Below are positions 1 to 12,678 of a stretch of 64,000 bases of DNA, piece after piece (position 1 is the first letter of the stretch; every line of letters begins with the position of its first letter). Origin of the DNA: Eledone cirrhosa (lineage: Eukaryota); NCBI GenBank assembly GCA_964016885.1, contig OZ024740.1, forward strand, positions 320,478,001 to 320,542,000, given 5' to 3'. The position numbers were made by a program, and so were the translations under genes. Below the pieces are notes generated by a model. The model made no database searches. It worked only from the letters and a program-made list of their open reading frames with translations, and was not told where the DNA came from.

Positions 1-965
<965 letters not shown>

Positions 966-1192
966 TATCATTTTCTCAATTATAAATTTGAATGAATGAA
1001 AATCTAGTTTCTTAAGTGGCGATATAACAATTACGTATAATTCAGATCTCAAATTCGCTTAGAATAGTAAGTGACAATCACAGATATAACAAACAAATAG
1101 ATTTGAAATTGAAAATAAATCACGTAAGAGATTATTCAAGATATTGGTGGTATGTAGGGAAATTTCTCAAGTCTGTTGTTTTCTTTTCTTAC

Positions 1193-1413
1193 TTACGTAT
1201 ATAAATAATACAACTAAACAAAAGTATGACAATACTTTCACACATTCATACAATATTTACACATGTATACAAACGTAAACTCGTCTACTATCTACACACG
1301 TATGCAGGTGCTATATCGAGCATTCATATAAATAATACATAATCTTGGTAACCAGAAAGTTCTTTATCTGTTTATGTAAATGTATGTTTGCATATGTGCA
1401 TATAAACATACAT
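1193..1413. repeat. Left arm of a ~220-bp inverted repeat (partner 3898-4118)
   Basis: aatcttggtaaccagaaagttctttatctg at ~1341 is the reverse complement of cagataaagaactttctggttaccaagatt at ~3942. The same peptide appears in opposite-strand ORFs. Confidence 0.9.
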
Positions 1414-1494
1414 ACACACACGCACACGCACACACACATACATACATACATACATACATACATACATACATACATACATACATACATACATACA

Positions 1495-1530
<36 letters not shown>

Positions 1531-1550
1531 CATATACATATATGTATATA

Positions 1551-2160
1551 TGTCAGGTCACCAGCTGGTGCTACTGGTAACATGTATCCCAGTACAACCT
1601 GTCTCATGGTCGGGTCGTTGGCGACTAAACTGGCATCTCCACCAAGGTTTCTTGGTGAGGAGGGTGACTTTGGACATCCTGCAGGACTAAAAACAAAACC
1701 TGTCAAAGGGCAAAGGAGCTCTTAAGAGTCAATGGCCATCCAAAATCACCGGGAGAGATGACCCCTTAGCCTTTGTCAAGGCAGAATTCTAGGAGAAGGA
1801 AAACTCTGATATAACACCTGCAACCCTGATGGTATCCAATGATGTTGACTTGTTCTTCTTTTTGGTAAATATCATCTTAGTTAAGAGAGTGGGACTGGCT
1901 TTGTGCAGTGCCTTTGCTCACTATAAAAGCTTCACGGCACAGGCATTGCTTTATATCTGGAGATCTCTCTGCACTTGTCGTCACATGGTACCATGGGTCC
2001 AGCACTATGTGTCAATAATTGTCACAAGTGTAGTGTTTGTACCAGAGTTTTCAAGTCGCTGGCTGGACTAAAAAGTCACACTCGTTCAGTGCATCGGTAG
2101 GGGTTCTCCTACATGGATATAAAGTAGTGGCCGTACTCGAAAACGAGTTGGCAGCCACCA
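1551..2160 (+). mobile_element. Non-autonomous RTE-derived element, longest copy
   Basis: RTE-like 5'UTR motif CTAGGAGAAGGAAAACTCTGA; C-terminal zinc-finger remnant [25 protein letters not shown]; 3' hairpin ACTCG-AAAA-CGAGT; (TATG)n tail; no RT. Confidence 0.7.
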
Positions 2161-2178
2161 TATATGTATGTATGTATG

Positions 2179-2577
2179 TTTTTCTGGTTTTATAATTTCA
2201 CAAAGTTTTACCAATAGAGAGAGAGTCGGTTTCTAACATAGACACAAGACTATCTCATTGGAATTTACACATCAACAACTAGGTAGATATGTATGTATGT
2301 ATGTGTAGATACGGATGTTATTGTATGTGTGGATGTGGATGTTTTGAGTTGTATGTGTGCATGTGTATATGCTTTGCATCTGTACATGTGTATATGCAGT
2401 TATTAGATGCAAAATTTTTGGAATGTTTTACATATTTTTACTGTTCCATTAATGGATTGTACTTGTAATTTCCTAACTAGTTGTGTTCTTTCTGTTCCTG
2501 TGAAGCCCAGCTTCTCAAGATTTGTACTGAGGCAGTTACTAACATACCCCAGTGCCCCAATAATCACAGGCATAAAT
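2179..2577 (-). mobile_element. 3' fragment of an R4/Dong-like REL-endonuclease non-LTR retrotransposon
   Basis: Peptide [22 protein letters not shown]...[17 protein letters not shown] resembles REL C-termini, followed by a 3'UTR ending AAAAA and then (CATA)n. Confidence 0.7.
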
Positions 2578-2816
2578 GTATGTATGTATGTATGTATGTA
2601 TGTATGTATGTATGTATGTATGTATGTATGTATGTATGTATGTATGTATGTATGTACATATATATACATATACATACATACATATATATACACATATACA
2701 TACATACACATATACATACATACATACATATATATACATATATACATACATATATACATATATACATACATACATACATATACATACATACATACATATA
2801 CATACACATACATACA

Positions 2817-2852
<36 letters not shown>

Positions 2853-2949
2853 CATACATACATATATATATATATAGATATATATATATATACACATATA
2901 TATACACATACACATATATATATATATATACATATATATATACACATAC

Positions 2950-2982
<33 letters not shown>

Positions 2983-3116
2983 CATATATATATACATATA
3001 CATACATACATATACATATATATATATATATATACATATATACACATACATACATATACACATATACATACATATATACATATACATACATATATATATA
3101 TATATACATACATATA

Positions 3117-3148
<32 letters not shown>

Positions 3149-3275
3149 CATACACATACATACACACATATATATACATACATATACATACACATACATA
3201 CATATACATACATACATATATATATATACATACATATACACATATACATACATACACATATACACATACATATAC

Positions 3276-3313
<38 letters not shown>

Positions 3314-3355
3314 ACATACACATATACACATACATACATACATATACATACATAT
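2578..3355. repeat. (TATG)n/(TACA)n/(TA)n microsatellite
   Basis: Direct inspection. Confidence 0.95.
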
Positions 3356-3782
3356 ATGGCCATCCAAAATCACTGGGAGAGATGACCCCTTAGCCTTTGT
3401 CAATGCAGAATTCTAGGAGAAGGAAAACTCTGATATAACACCTGCAACCCTGATGGTATCCAATGATGTTGACTTGTTCTTCTTTTTGGTAAATATCATT
3501 TTGGTTAAGAGAGTGGGACTGGCTTTGTGCAGTGCCTTTGCTCACTATAAAAGCTTCACGGCACAGGCATTGCTTTATATCTGGAGATCTCTCTGCACTT
3601 GTCATCACATGGTACCATGGGCCCAGCACTATGTATCAATAATTGTCACAAGTGTAGTGTTTGTACCAGTTTTCAAGTCGCTGGCTGGACTAAAAAGTCA
3701 CACTCGTTCAGCGCATCGGTAGGGGTTCTCCTTCATGGATATAAAGTAGTGGCCGTACTCGAAAACGAGTTGGCAGCCACCA
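3356..3782 (+). mobile_element. Second, 5'-truncated copy of the RTE-derived element
   Basis: Near-identical to 1732-2160. Confidence 0.8.
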
Positions 3783-3844
3783 TGTATGTATGTATGTATA
3801 CATATATACATATATATATATACATATACATATGTATATATGTA

Positions 3845-3880
<36 letters not shown>

Positions 3881-3897
3881 TGTATGTATGTATGTAT

Positions 3898-4118
3898 TAT
3901 GTATGTTTATATGCACATATGCAAACATACATTTACATAAACAGATAAAGAACTTTCTGGTTACCAAGATTATGTATTATTTATATGAATGCTCTATATA
4001 GCTCCTGCATACGTGTATAGATAGTAGATGAGTTTACGTTTGTATACATGTGTAAATATTGTATGAATGTGTGAAAGTATTGTCATTCTTTTGTTTAGTT
4101 GTATTACTTATATACGTA
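3898..4118. repeat. Right arm of the inverted repeat with 1193-1413
   Basis: Reverse-complement match. Confidence 0.9.
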
Positions 4119-4132
4119 TATATATACATATA

Positions 4133-4735
4133 TGTTTACAAACAAACCGAGCATTATAATAAATGTTCGGTAAACCCATACGTACATATATATATATATG
4201 TGTGTACATGTATGTATGTATATACATACTACTGTACGTTTGTATACATATATGTATGTACGTATACATACTTATATTTAAGTATCAGAGTGAGAAATGT
4301 ATAAGAGTATAAGAGTGAGAAATGTATAAGTATAAGAGTGAGAAATGAAATTTCATTTTTTCCATTTATCGTTTTCGGTACACCCGGCCGACTAACTCAC
4401 TCGATATGCAAATTAGGCTGCTCAGCCGTTAATATGCATAAGGAAAGTATATACTTTCAAACGTTCAATCGACTGACAGGAAGGTATACGGTGCTGATGA
4501 CAGCTAATAAGCTAGAAACTAGTTCATCGTTCCTTTGTCAGTGTTGAACAAAAGGGCAACGATGATTGCCGAACACTGTACGGCTAATAATTCGGGCTGT
4601 TTGTTTACAAACAAACCGAGCATTATAATAAATGTTTGGTAAATCCATACGTACATATATATATGTGCATGTATGTATATACATACTACTGTACATCTGT
4701 ATACATATATGTATGTACGTATACATACTTATATA
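4133..4735 (+). mobile_element. Penelope-like pseudo-LTR cassette: direct repeats 4133-4277 and 4603-4735 around a hammerhead
   Basis: TGTTTACAAACAAACCGAGCATTATAATAAATG occurs twice; the cassette ends in (TA)n. Confidence 0.6.
4488..4530 (+). ncRNA. Minimal type-I hammerhead ribozyme motif
   Basis: ACGGTG CTGATGA c-AGCT-aata-AGCT-a GAAA CTAG TT CATCGT: stem I ACGGTG/CATCGT, palindromic stem III, GUU triplet. Confidence 0.75.
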
Positions 4736-4750
4736 TATATATATATATAC

Positions 4751-5176
4751 GGGATAACAGGTTATCGTTATAGGCAGTCCACTTAGATGTAGTCCAGTTG
4801 GAGTAGTTCGTGTAGTAGAAAATAGAAAGGTCAATTTTCTGCAGACATAGGATTGCTACAAAATTCGCGAGATTTAAACCACTGTGATTCGAACCAATGT
4901 CACTTAGCTTTTAACATATAAAATCCGCCTTCTCACAGCCCAATATGGAACTATAATCATCTATAAATACCTTATAGCCTCCCTAATTCTATTCCACTGG
5001 AATGTGTCTACAACTATCTTATCAGCCCATAAATCAATCCCATCTTCGCTGTTATTCACTCCTTCGGACCAAGCATTTATATCTCTCATTAGCACTCATG
5101 ATCTCTAACAGATGAACCTAATTCTAAGTACATTGTCTTATTACTCCTACACCCCTTGAAATCTTACTTTCCTCTT
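4751..5176 (-). pseudogene. Possible degenerate Penelope-like (GIY-YIG end) remnant, apparently continuing at 10516-11100 beyond the LINE
   Basis: Minus-strand peptide ...ADKIVVDTFQWNRIREAIRY resembles GIY-YIG C-terminal RxIREAI motifs; abuts (TA)n. Weak. Confidence 0.35.
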
Positions 5177-5243
5177 GCCCTTGTGGCTAATAAATGAAAT
5201 CATTATTATTATTATTATTGATATTAGCGATTAAGACGAACAG

Positions 5244-6794
5244 TTGGCCAAAGCGTGGAGGCTAATTAAACGGGAGAAGTCCTGGGCAAACCTGGCCATC
5301 CCGAACGAGGCAATAGCGGCCATGCAAGGAGGACGGTGTTCTTTCGATGTATTTCGGTGCAGACACGAAAAGTGGAACTTGCCAGCCAAGCAGAGGTCGA
5401 GGCTGCTTTGGAGTACATCGGAAGTAACATAGAGTACAAAGCAAGAGGCAAACAGTTCGGTACCATCTCGGTACTGTTCAAAACCGAGGCTCTCGCTATT
5501 AAGCACTCGGTGATCCCCCGCAGAACGGAACGCATTATCATGCATCCGTCCTACATGGGTAAAAAAACAGCAAAGGTACGCATTCCCAGCATCCCACCAG
5601 GAATGAACATATGGTGGCTGCTGGGATGCGTAATCGAGGAGGGGACAGACACTACCCTCCTGGATATCAAAAGAACAGAGAGAGGACTGGTCCGGAATGG
5701 ATTTGGAGATTCTTCTCCAAATGAAACCGGAGGATATTAATAACATCCCGGATTTTGCCCGCCTGCAGGACGGGACAACAATCCAACTGATCATTGACGG
5801 AAGAAGGCCACGCTGCTTCGTCTGCGGGGAAGCAACGCATCTTCAAGCCTTCTATCCTCAGCGCAAAAATGCAGGGGGTCGCAAACCTCCTTTGTTGCCA
5901 ACGCCAGTGTCAGCACGGAAAGCTGCTCCACCACCACCACCGAAAACAACACCAACAAAAACACGGACACCAACATCAAAAGCAGCCGGATCACCACCAA
6001 CACCAAAACCAATCCAAGGAGAAAACGAGGAAAGATCCCCCCCCCCCAATTATACACATAGACAAAACAATAAACGCACACACAGACACAGAGACACGCA
6101 CAGACACAGACCCTTTGTCTTCCAGCAGCGAAGATGAAGGAAAACCCAAAAGTGCAAAAAAAACAGAGAAAACTCACAAAAAAAAGCCCCAACAAAACAC
6201 AAAAACATACACAACAAAAAATACAGACACCACTAACGCAAACACTTCCCCAATAACATCATCACCAACAGCAACATCGACACCACCTCCACAATCCCCG
6301 AAACGCAAACAACCTAAACAAACACAAGTGCAAATAAATACACAAATACCTGAAATTGTAGACACCACACCTACAACAAACATAGACATACCCGAAACAA
6401 CACCACCAAAACCATCGCCACCACAGTCACCAAAACGAAAACAAATAAAACCACACCAACAAAATGTTAAAAACTTCGTGCTTGTCAGAAGGGCCAACGA
6501 TAAACTGATGGCCCTCTTAGCGCGAAGCGAGGACATTCAAACAGAGGGGGAGATTTTTTAAATGTGCACATTTTGCGTGCCAGAAGATTTGCTTCTGGTC
6601 CGAATGTCACTCAATTCCTTCAAAGAAATTCGAGAGAGCTTTCCTCAAGACGTGAGAACCCCGAATGTGAAACCCACATCAAGACTTTTAAAGGGGTTCC
6701 CAAAAGAAACCCCACCAACCATGGAGGTCGAACCACCCGACCTTCACAAGACCTTCCCTCTCTCTCTCTTAGCTTACCAATATGGCCATATTAA
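5244..6794 (+). pseudogene. LINE ORF1 (gag-like), frameshifted
   Basis: Overlapping ORF pieces; RCFVCGEATHLQAFY (degenerate CX2CX4HX4C); Pro/Thr/Lys-rich linker. Confidence 0.7.
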
Positions 6795-7648
6795 GAGTAG
6801 GAAGTTTAAATGTTCGCGGCCTGGGGTCACCCTGGAAGCAGGGTCGCCTGCTCAACGACCTCCGGTCGCTGGAAATGGATGTGATTGCCGTAAGCGAGAT
6901 CAGAATTTCCGACACGCGCGCACTAGCCCTCATTTTCGACGACTATCAGATCTTCGCATCTGTTAGCGGGCCGGGAATGGGGGGTGGGGTGGCAGTGCTG
7001 TTTAGGAAAGGACTGGATCTCGAGGTAAGGTCGATCTTCCGGGACCCGGACGGTAAGTTGGTGGTCTTGGATGTGAGCAGTAGCGATGGTGGTGCCTTTA
7101 GACTGCTGGCCGTCTACGCCCCTACAGGGGCCGGACGACCTGACTTCTTTAGGCGCCTGGAGACCTTTCTGGGTATGTCTCGCCCTTTACTGTTAGCGGG
7201 GGACTGGAATGGCATCTTAGACGCACGCTGGGATTATGTGGGAGTAGCCGATAGGAGCGGGGGGTGCAAAAGCCTCAAGCACCTACTCAGCCAGTTCCAA
7301 CTGTCTGACAGGTATCGACTAGATTTCCCCAATGTGCCAGTATGGACATGGACCAACCGAATGGGGTCATCTAGATCGTATATAGACAGGATCTTCATTA
7401 GGAAAATAGATAGAAATAGTGTGGGCTGTCCACTTTTTAAAACGGTCGCCTATTCAGATCACAAATTTGTGATCTGTACGGTCGACCTAAATAAAACGCG
7501 TAGGTTAGGACCGGGTTACTGGAAGCTGAACATGTCATTTCCGGCACGTAAGGCTTACAGGGACCGAGTCAACAATTTAGTTAAGCAAAAGTTGACAGGG
7601 GGGAATCATCAACAACAGATGGTGGGTGGCTCTCAAAAGAGAGATTAG
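6782..7648 (+). CDS. LINE ORF2 N-terminal APE endonuclease (frameshifted relative to RT)
   Basis: SLNVRGL, VIAVSE, AVYAP, LAGDWN, SYIDRIF and SDH motifs; GPGYWKLN is typical of Tx1/L1. Confidence 0.92.
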   Translation: MAILRVGSLNVRGLGSPWKQGRLLNDLRSLEMDVIAVSEIRISDTRALALIFDDYQIFASVSGPGMGGGVAVLFRKGLDLEVRSIFRDPDGKLVVLDVSSSDGGAFRLLAVYAPTGAGRPDFFRRLETFLGMSRPLLLAGDWNGILDARWDYVGVADRSGGCKSLKHLLSQFQLSDRYRLDFPNVPVWTWTNRMGSSRSYIDRIFIRKIDRNSVGCPLFKTVAYSDHKFVICTVDLNKTRRLGPGYWKLNMSFPARKAYRDRVNNLVKQKLTGGNHQQQMVGGSQKRD

Positions 7649-10208
7649 AGTAACTTCGATAGAGTTCAGCAAAGAACTAGCGTTAGAGAAAAATAGAAAG
7701 GAGGGGGAGCTGGTAGATAAGTTAGACGAGGCTATTTGTAGTGGCATCGCAACTGACGTGCTAGCGGCGAGAATGGCATTAGACCATTTCTTCAATGCCA
7801 AACACGAAGGTTGCATTGTCAGAGCTAAGGCGCGTGCTCTGAGAAACGAGGGAACTAAAGCTGTTCGATGGGCCCGCGTGGCGGAGGCGCAGCGTGGTAA
7901 TAAAACCACAATTCGGTCTTTGACGGACCGGGACGAACACGAGATAAGCGATTCCAAGCGGATGTGTGAGGCCTTTCGCCAGCACTTTGCTCGGTTGTTC
8001 AGGGAGAGTGGCGAGTCAGAGAGAGTAGCGGATTTCAGCCCCTACCTTGACGGCTTGCCGCGCATCTCGACGGTCGACGCTGAGCGCTGCGAAAGGCCGA
8101 TTACTTCAGCCGAAATTCAGGACGCCCTTGTCGGCTGCATGAGGCGCAAGTTACACGGTTTGGATGGCCTGCCCTACGAGCTTTACGTAAATATGCCAGA
8201 CTTGTTCTCTGAACTCCTCGAAGCACTCTACTGCAACTGGCAGCACAATGGGAGTATTCCCAGTTCTGTGAGCAGGGGAGTGGTGACGCTAATAAGGAAA
8301 GACAAGAACAAGAGGGATACATTAGACAACTTCAGGCCCATAACTCTGCTCAACACAGAGTTTAAGATTTTGGCCAAGGTGTTAGCAAAGAGATTGGCGC
8401 TTGTCGTCGAGGATTTGGTTGGGGAGGCGCAAACTTGCGCAATCCCAGCCAGGTCCATACACGACAATCTCCACCTCAAGCGATACATCATAGAGAGGGT
8501 AGGGTGTAAACCTGGCTTCGGTGGGGCACTGATCAATTTAGATCAATCGAAAGCATTCGATAGGGTCGACTATCGGTATCTGGAGTTTGTCCTCAAAGCA
8601 GCTGGCTTCGACCCTGTCTTTAGAAGCTGGATCGTTGAAATGCACAGCGGCACACGCTCGGTGGTCAAGGTTAATGGCCACCTCTCGGAACCATTTCGGC
8701 TCTCCCGATCGGTCCGTCAAGGGTGCCTTCTCTCTTCCCTGCTGTACGTATTGACTCTCGAGCCTTTACTGCGGAAGCTGGAGCTGTTACAGGGCATCCC
8801 GTTCGAACCAGGACGTGGAAAGGCGGTGTCGGCTTATGCGGACGACATCACCGTGATGGTGTCGAACACCTCAGAAATCGAGGTTGTCGACACCTTATTG
8901 AATGAATATGAAAGGTTGACAGGAGCCAAACTTAACCCGGAAAAGTCGGTGGGCTTGCAGCTCGGAACCTGGAGAGGCAAGCCCATGCCGTCCAACAGCG
9001 TCGTGGGGCGCTGGACGGACGGACCGGTAAAGTTGCTCGGGGTTTGGTTCGGACCAGACCTCCAGGTGGAAAAGAATTGGGACGAGGTAACGAGCAGAGT
9101 AGCCAGTCTCACCCAAAAATGGGCTGGGAGGAAGCTATCACTGAAAGGTCGAGCGGAGGTGGCGACAGCGTACATCGCGTCCGTCATCTACTACCGCCTG
9201 ACCGTCGTGCCTTGCCCCCGTCCGCGCCTCGTCAAGTTGGAACGGCTCCTCTTCAAATTCTTGTGGAGGGGACAAGTTCCGTTGGTGAGGCGGTCCATCT
9301 GCTGCCAGCACCCTCTACGCGGAGGGCTGGGCATGCCGTGGTTAATGATGCGCAGACATGCGTTGAGGCTGCGACATCTCCAGATATTCTGCCTCAACGG
9401 TGAACAGGTGTGGTCGCCGTTTATCAGACAGGTCTTTCCGCAGCTCATTTCTTTGACCGAGCTGCAGTCCTGGGTCAAGAAGAGACCGAGACTGGGTGAC
9501 TGGCACCTGGAATGTTGCCAGGCACTCACTGCCCTCTACCAAGCGGGCAATGCGATCAGTGGAACTTCCACTCTCGAGTTCTATAGAGGATTAGTGGTGG
9601 GAAAGTGCGATGACGCACTCGGAGAAGCTTTGGGCCTCGACGAAGTCGAACTGACCAGTCTGTACCGGAGGACTTTTGAGCCGGGGACGATGGACAATTT
9701 CCAGAAATCCCTCGCTTGGCAGTGCTACCGGGGGGCACTGCCGGTTCGGGATAAACTCTACAGGCACGGAAGTGCTGTCAGACGGACCTGCCCAAGATGC
9801 GCACAGAACGACGAAACCGTTCTGCACGCACTTGTCCAATGTCCGTGCATTACTGACTTGTGGAGTTATGTCGAACAGCTACTGTCGCGTGTAGAACGAA
9901 TCCGGCTATCGGCCGAGTCCATAGTGAAGATCGATCCACCGCCTTCCTTAGGTCAGGAAGAGCAGGAAATGTTCCTCTGTCTGGTGGCAGTTGCGAAAGA
10001 GATTATATGGTGGACCAGGTTGAAAGGACTAAAGACAGACACTTTTCTCTTCGGCCAATCCCTCATCAACTTCTTCAAGTTTCACCTGGAAAGGAAGGTG
10101 AGGGTGGAGAGAGAAGTGTCCCCCCCCCCCAGTACATTTGCTAAAAGGTGGGTGAATGTGGCGAGAATGGCTCGTGTGAATGGGCCTACTCTGACCATGC
10201 GCCTATAG
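7626..10208 (+). CDS. LINE ORF2 reverse transcriptase plus zinc-binding domain (860 aa)
   Basis: GLDG, NFRPITLLN, DQSKAFDRV, VRQG, AYADD, CPRC...ETVLHALVQC. Confidence 0.95.
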   Translation: MALKREIRVTSIEFSKELALEKNRKEGELVDKLDEAICSGIATDVLAARMALDHFFNAKHEGCIVRAKARALRNEGTKAVRWARVAEAQRGNKTTIRSLTDRDEHEISDSKRMCEAFRQHFARLFRESGESERVADFSPYLDGLPRISTVDAERCERPITSAEIQDALVGCMRRKLHGLDGLPYELYVNMPDLFSELLEALYCNWQHNGSIPSSVSRGVVTLIRKDKNKRDTLDNFRPITLLNTEFKILAKVLAKRLALVVEDLVGEAQTCAIPARSIHDNLHLKRYIIERVGCKPGFGGALINLDQSKAFDRVDYRYLEFVLKAAGFDPVFRSWIVEMHSGTRSVVKVNGHLSEPFRLSRSVRQGCLLSSLLYVLTLEPLLRKLELLQGIPFEPGRGKAVSAYADDITVMVSNTSEIEVVDTLLNEYERLTGAKLNPEKSVGLQLGTWRGKPMPSNSVVGRWTDGPVKLLGVWFGPDLQVEKNWDEVTSRVASLTQKWAGRKLSLKGRAEVATAYIASVIYYRLTVVPCPRPRLVKLERLLFKFLWRGQVPLVRRSICCQHPLRGGLGMPWLMMRRHALRLRHLQIFCLNGEQVWSPFIRQVFPQLISLTELQSWVKKRPRLGDWHLECCQALTALYQAGNAISGTSTLEFYRGLVVGKCDDALGEALGLDEVELTSLYRRTFEPGTMDNFQKSLAWQCYRGALPVRDKLYRHGSAVRRTCPRCAQNDETVLHALVQCPCITDLWSYVEQLLSRVERIRLSAESIVKIDPPPSLGQEEQEMFLCLVAVAKEIIWWTRLKGLKTDTFLFGQSLINFFKFHLERKVRVEREVSPPPSTFAKRWVNVARMARVNGPTLTMRL

Positions 10209-10481
10209 GCTAGCTAACTTGAGGAGAGGGGTGCTCTCCCTGGGTGCCCTAGAAGCGCATGGTGATTCAGGATTGGTGGGGTACCCGAATCACCCCAGGG
10301 TCGTCCACCCCCTATCGGGGAATTTATTTTGTTATATGCATAGTTTATTTTATATTTTTATATTTTCATTGTTAAATTAGTCTTGCCATTGTGCACTTTT
10401 ACTCGACCTTTTTGTAAACCCCCACTGTCCCTGTCTTTGTATTGTCCCCTACATGTCGGCCCTTGTGGCTAATAAATGAAA

Positions 10482-10515
<34 letters not shown>

Positions 10516-11145
10516 GAACATCTCAATGTATCCCTAATATTATTCATCATGTTCTATATATTTACCATGCACATTTTACTATTTTATTACCTTTATTGTT
10601 TCTATTATTGTTGTTATTATTGTCTTATTTATACACGATTTGTTATGGATGCTGTGAAAACTAAACCCTCACGATTCGAACTAACAATCCCTACCTTTAG
10701 TATAGGCCACTTAAATAACGAATCTACAACTCCATTTAACACCACATAAAAACTATCATCCTCACTAAATTAATCAAACGAAAATGTTTATCTGTCAAAT
10801 AATAAGTAAATCTCCGGTTTATTGCCAGAATACCTACAGCATAGTGGATACCTCATAAATTCTGTCTCCAAGTACATTGTAGTGGTTACTGTTATCTCGT
10901 CGCCACCCCATCACTATATCTAATGTACCCTATAGCAGTTTTCACATGTCAATTCCATACATCTGTATCATATCAGTTTGTTTAACATGCTAGATTCTTC
11001 ATTATACTCTATCTCTTACTTATATTGATGTTATTATTTTAACTATTTGCTATCTAGTTATTTTATTTTATTATTGGATTTATTGTTCTGGTTTAATACC
11101 ACTCCTATATAAAAACCATGCCTTGTGTATCTTCTTCATTTCGCC

Positions 11146-11255
11146 TGCTCTGATGAAAACGACTGGTTATAAACAAAGTATTGGAGATCGATTGGCGTAT
11201 AATCAGGCGGATAGCGAACTCTAGACCTACCATATCAAAGAAACAATTGTCAGCA
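11146..11255 (+). ncRNA. Hammerhead motif with an 83-nt helix-II insert
   Basis: TGCT CTGATGA [83 nt containing CTGGTTATA/TATAATCAG] GAAA CAATTG TC AGCA; (TA)n begins ~55 nt downstream. Confidence 0.55.
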
Positions 11256-11306
11256 ATGTGAATAAAACCCTTATTGTATAGCGAACCATGTCACTCTTCT
11301 TTCTTG

Positions 11307-11472
<166 letters not shown>

Positions 11473-12111
11473 ATGCTGGTTTTGTGCCTATATAAGAAAC
11501 CATTATTGCCTTTCATCCATACGGGGTCGATAAAATAAAGTACCAGTAATACACTAGGATAATTGCTGGCCTTGTGCCAAAAGTAGAAACAATTATTATT
11601 ACGTGTTTTTTTTTTATTGTTTGTTAACTTGTTTGTTTTATTTTTGTTTTTCCTAGATCAAAGTGCGTTGTGTGTTTTACCTCTTCCTTACACTGTACTT
11701 TCACCAACTTTATTCTCACATTACCTTCCACTTCTACATTATCTTACACACTTTTCGTTTTTTTTTTTGTTTACTTAGATTGCTTACATAAAATACAAAT
11801 ATCAAATAAACATATATAAGCTAAAAGAAATTAGAACAAAAAAAATATTGAGATCCGGTTGAGAAGGGACACATATAAACATGTTAACTGCCAATCCACC
11901 GCCCTTTGTTAACATCCAAATAATGCTGGTCATTCAATGGTTCTAAAAAGCCAATTGTAACCCAGCTTAATTTACTCGAGAAAAATAGTATTATGCCCTT
12001 ATGTAAATTATATGAGTCTATAAAAATTTCCCTGGTTAAAACAGGATCCAAAATCTGCCTTTTTTTCCTAGGAGGGGAACATTTAGTGTTACTAGTAATT
12101 GGTTTGGGTTA

Positions 12112-12330
12112 GGGCGGTAGATTGGCAGAGTTGTTAAGGCGTCAGATAAAGTACTTTGTGGTACTTCTTCAGGTATTTTATGTTCTGTATTCAAATTCCA
12201 TCGAGATCAACTATACCCTTCATCCTTCCAGGCTCGATAAAACTATAGTGCCAGTCAAGTATTGAGGTCAATATAATTGACTTTCTACCTTACCCTGTTT
12301 TGCTGATCTTGTGTCAAAATCAGAAATTAT
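12112..12330 (+). mobile_element. tRNA-derived SINE (Meta-domain-like), diverged copy
   Basis: GGGCGG...TTGGCAG head, TTCAAAT B-box-like motif, CTTCATCCTTCC..TCGATAAAA core. Confidence 0.65.
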
Positions 12331-12483
12331 AGATTAGCTTGGGTCTCCATACTTAGAATCGGCGGAACACTATATGCCCAGATATTCTAAGGTACGGATT
12401 ATGTTGATGAACTATTGAACTAAACTATGTTAAACTGTGCTGTATATATATTTATCCCAATTTTTTTATTATTCGTATAAATA

Positions 12484-12678
12484 GGGCGGTGGATTGGCAG
12501 TATCGGTTGAGGGTCGGACGCCATGCTTTGACGCATAGAGTTACGGCCCTTACCATTCTGAGTTCAAATCCCGTCGAGGTTAACTTTGCCTTTCATCCTT
12601 ACGGAGTCGATAAAATAAAGTACCAGTAATGCACTGGGTAATTGCTAGCCTTGTGCCAAAAATAGAAACAATTATTAT
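12484..12678 (+). mobile_element. tRNA-derived SINE (Meta-domain-like) with TSD. Related copies at 11507-11600, 21662-21937(-), 33075-33495(-, two), 35640-35780, 45925-46146, 48283-48450(-), 48649-48822, 53000-53284(-), 54765-54950(-)
   Basis: GAGTTCAAATCCC B-box; GCCTTTCATCCTTACGGRGTCGATAAAATAAAGTACCAG core; TSD ATTATTCGTATAAATA here and ATTATAATGTTACAGAA at 48632/48823. Confidence 0.85.

Larger units (their letters stand above)
5220..10515 (+). mobile_element. Tx1/L1-clade LINE, near full length
   Basis: ORF1 with zinc knuckle, APE endonuclease, RT, C-terminal CCHC, 3'UTR with AATAAA and an (ATT)n tail; GC-rich relative to the flanks. Confidence 0.92.

Noticed and set aside
1555-1635. HDV-like ribozyme at the 5' end of the RTE-derived element
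   Set aside because: CCAGT/ACTGG pairing and GGCGACTAA are suggestive, but I could not assemble convincing P1, P3 and P1.1 helices; a covariance search would be needed.
12484-12580. tRNA genes at SINE heads
   Set aside because: A/B-box-like motifs only, no cloverleaf; followed by a SINE body and TSD.
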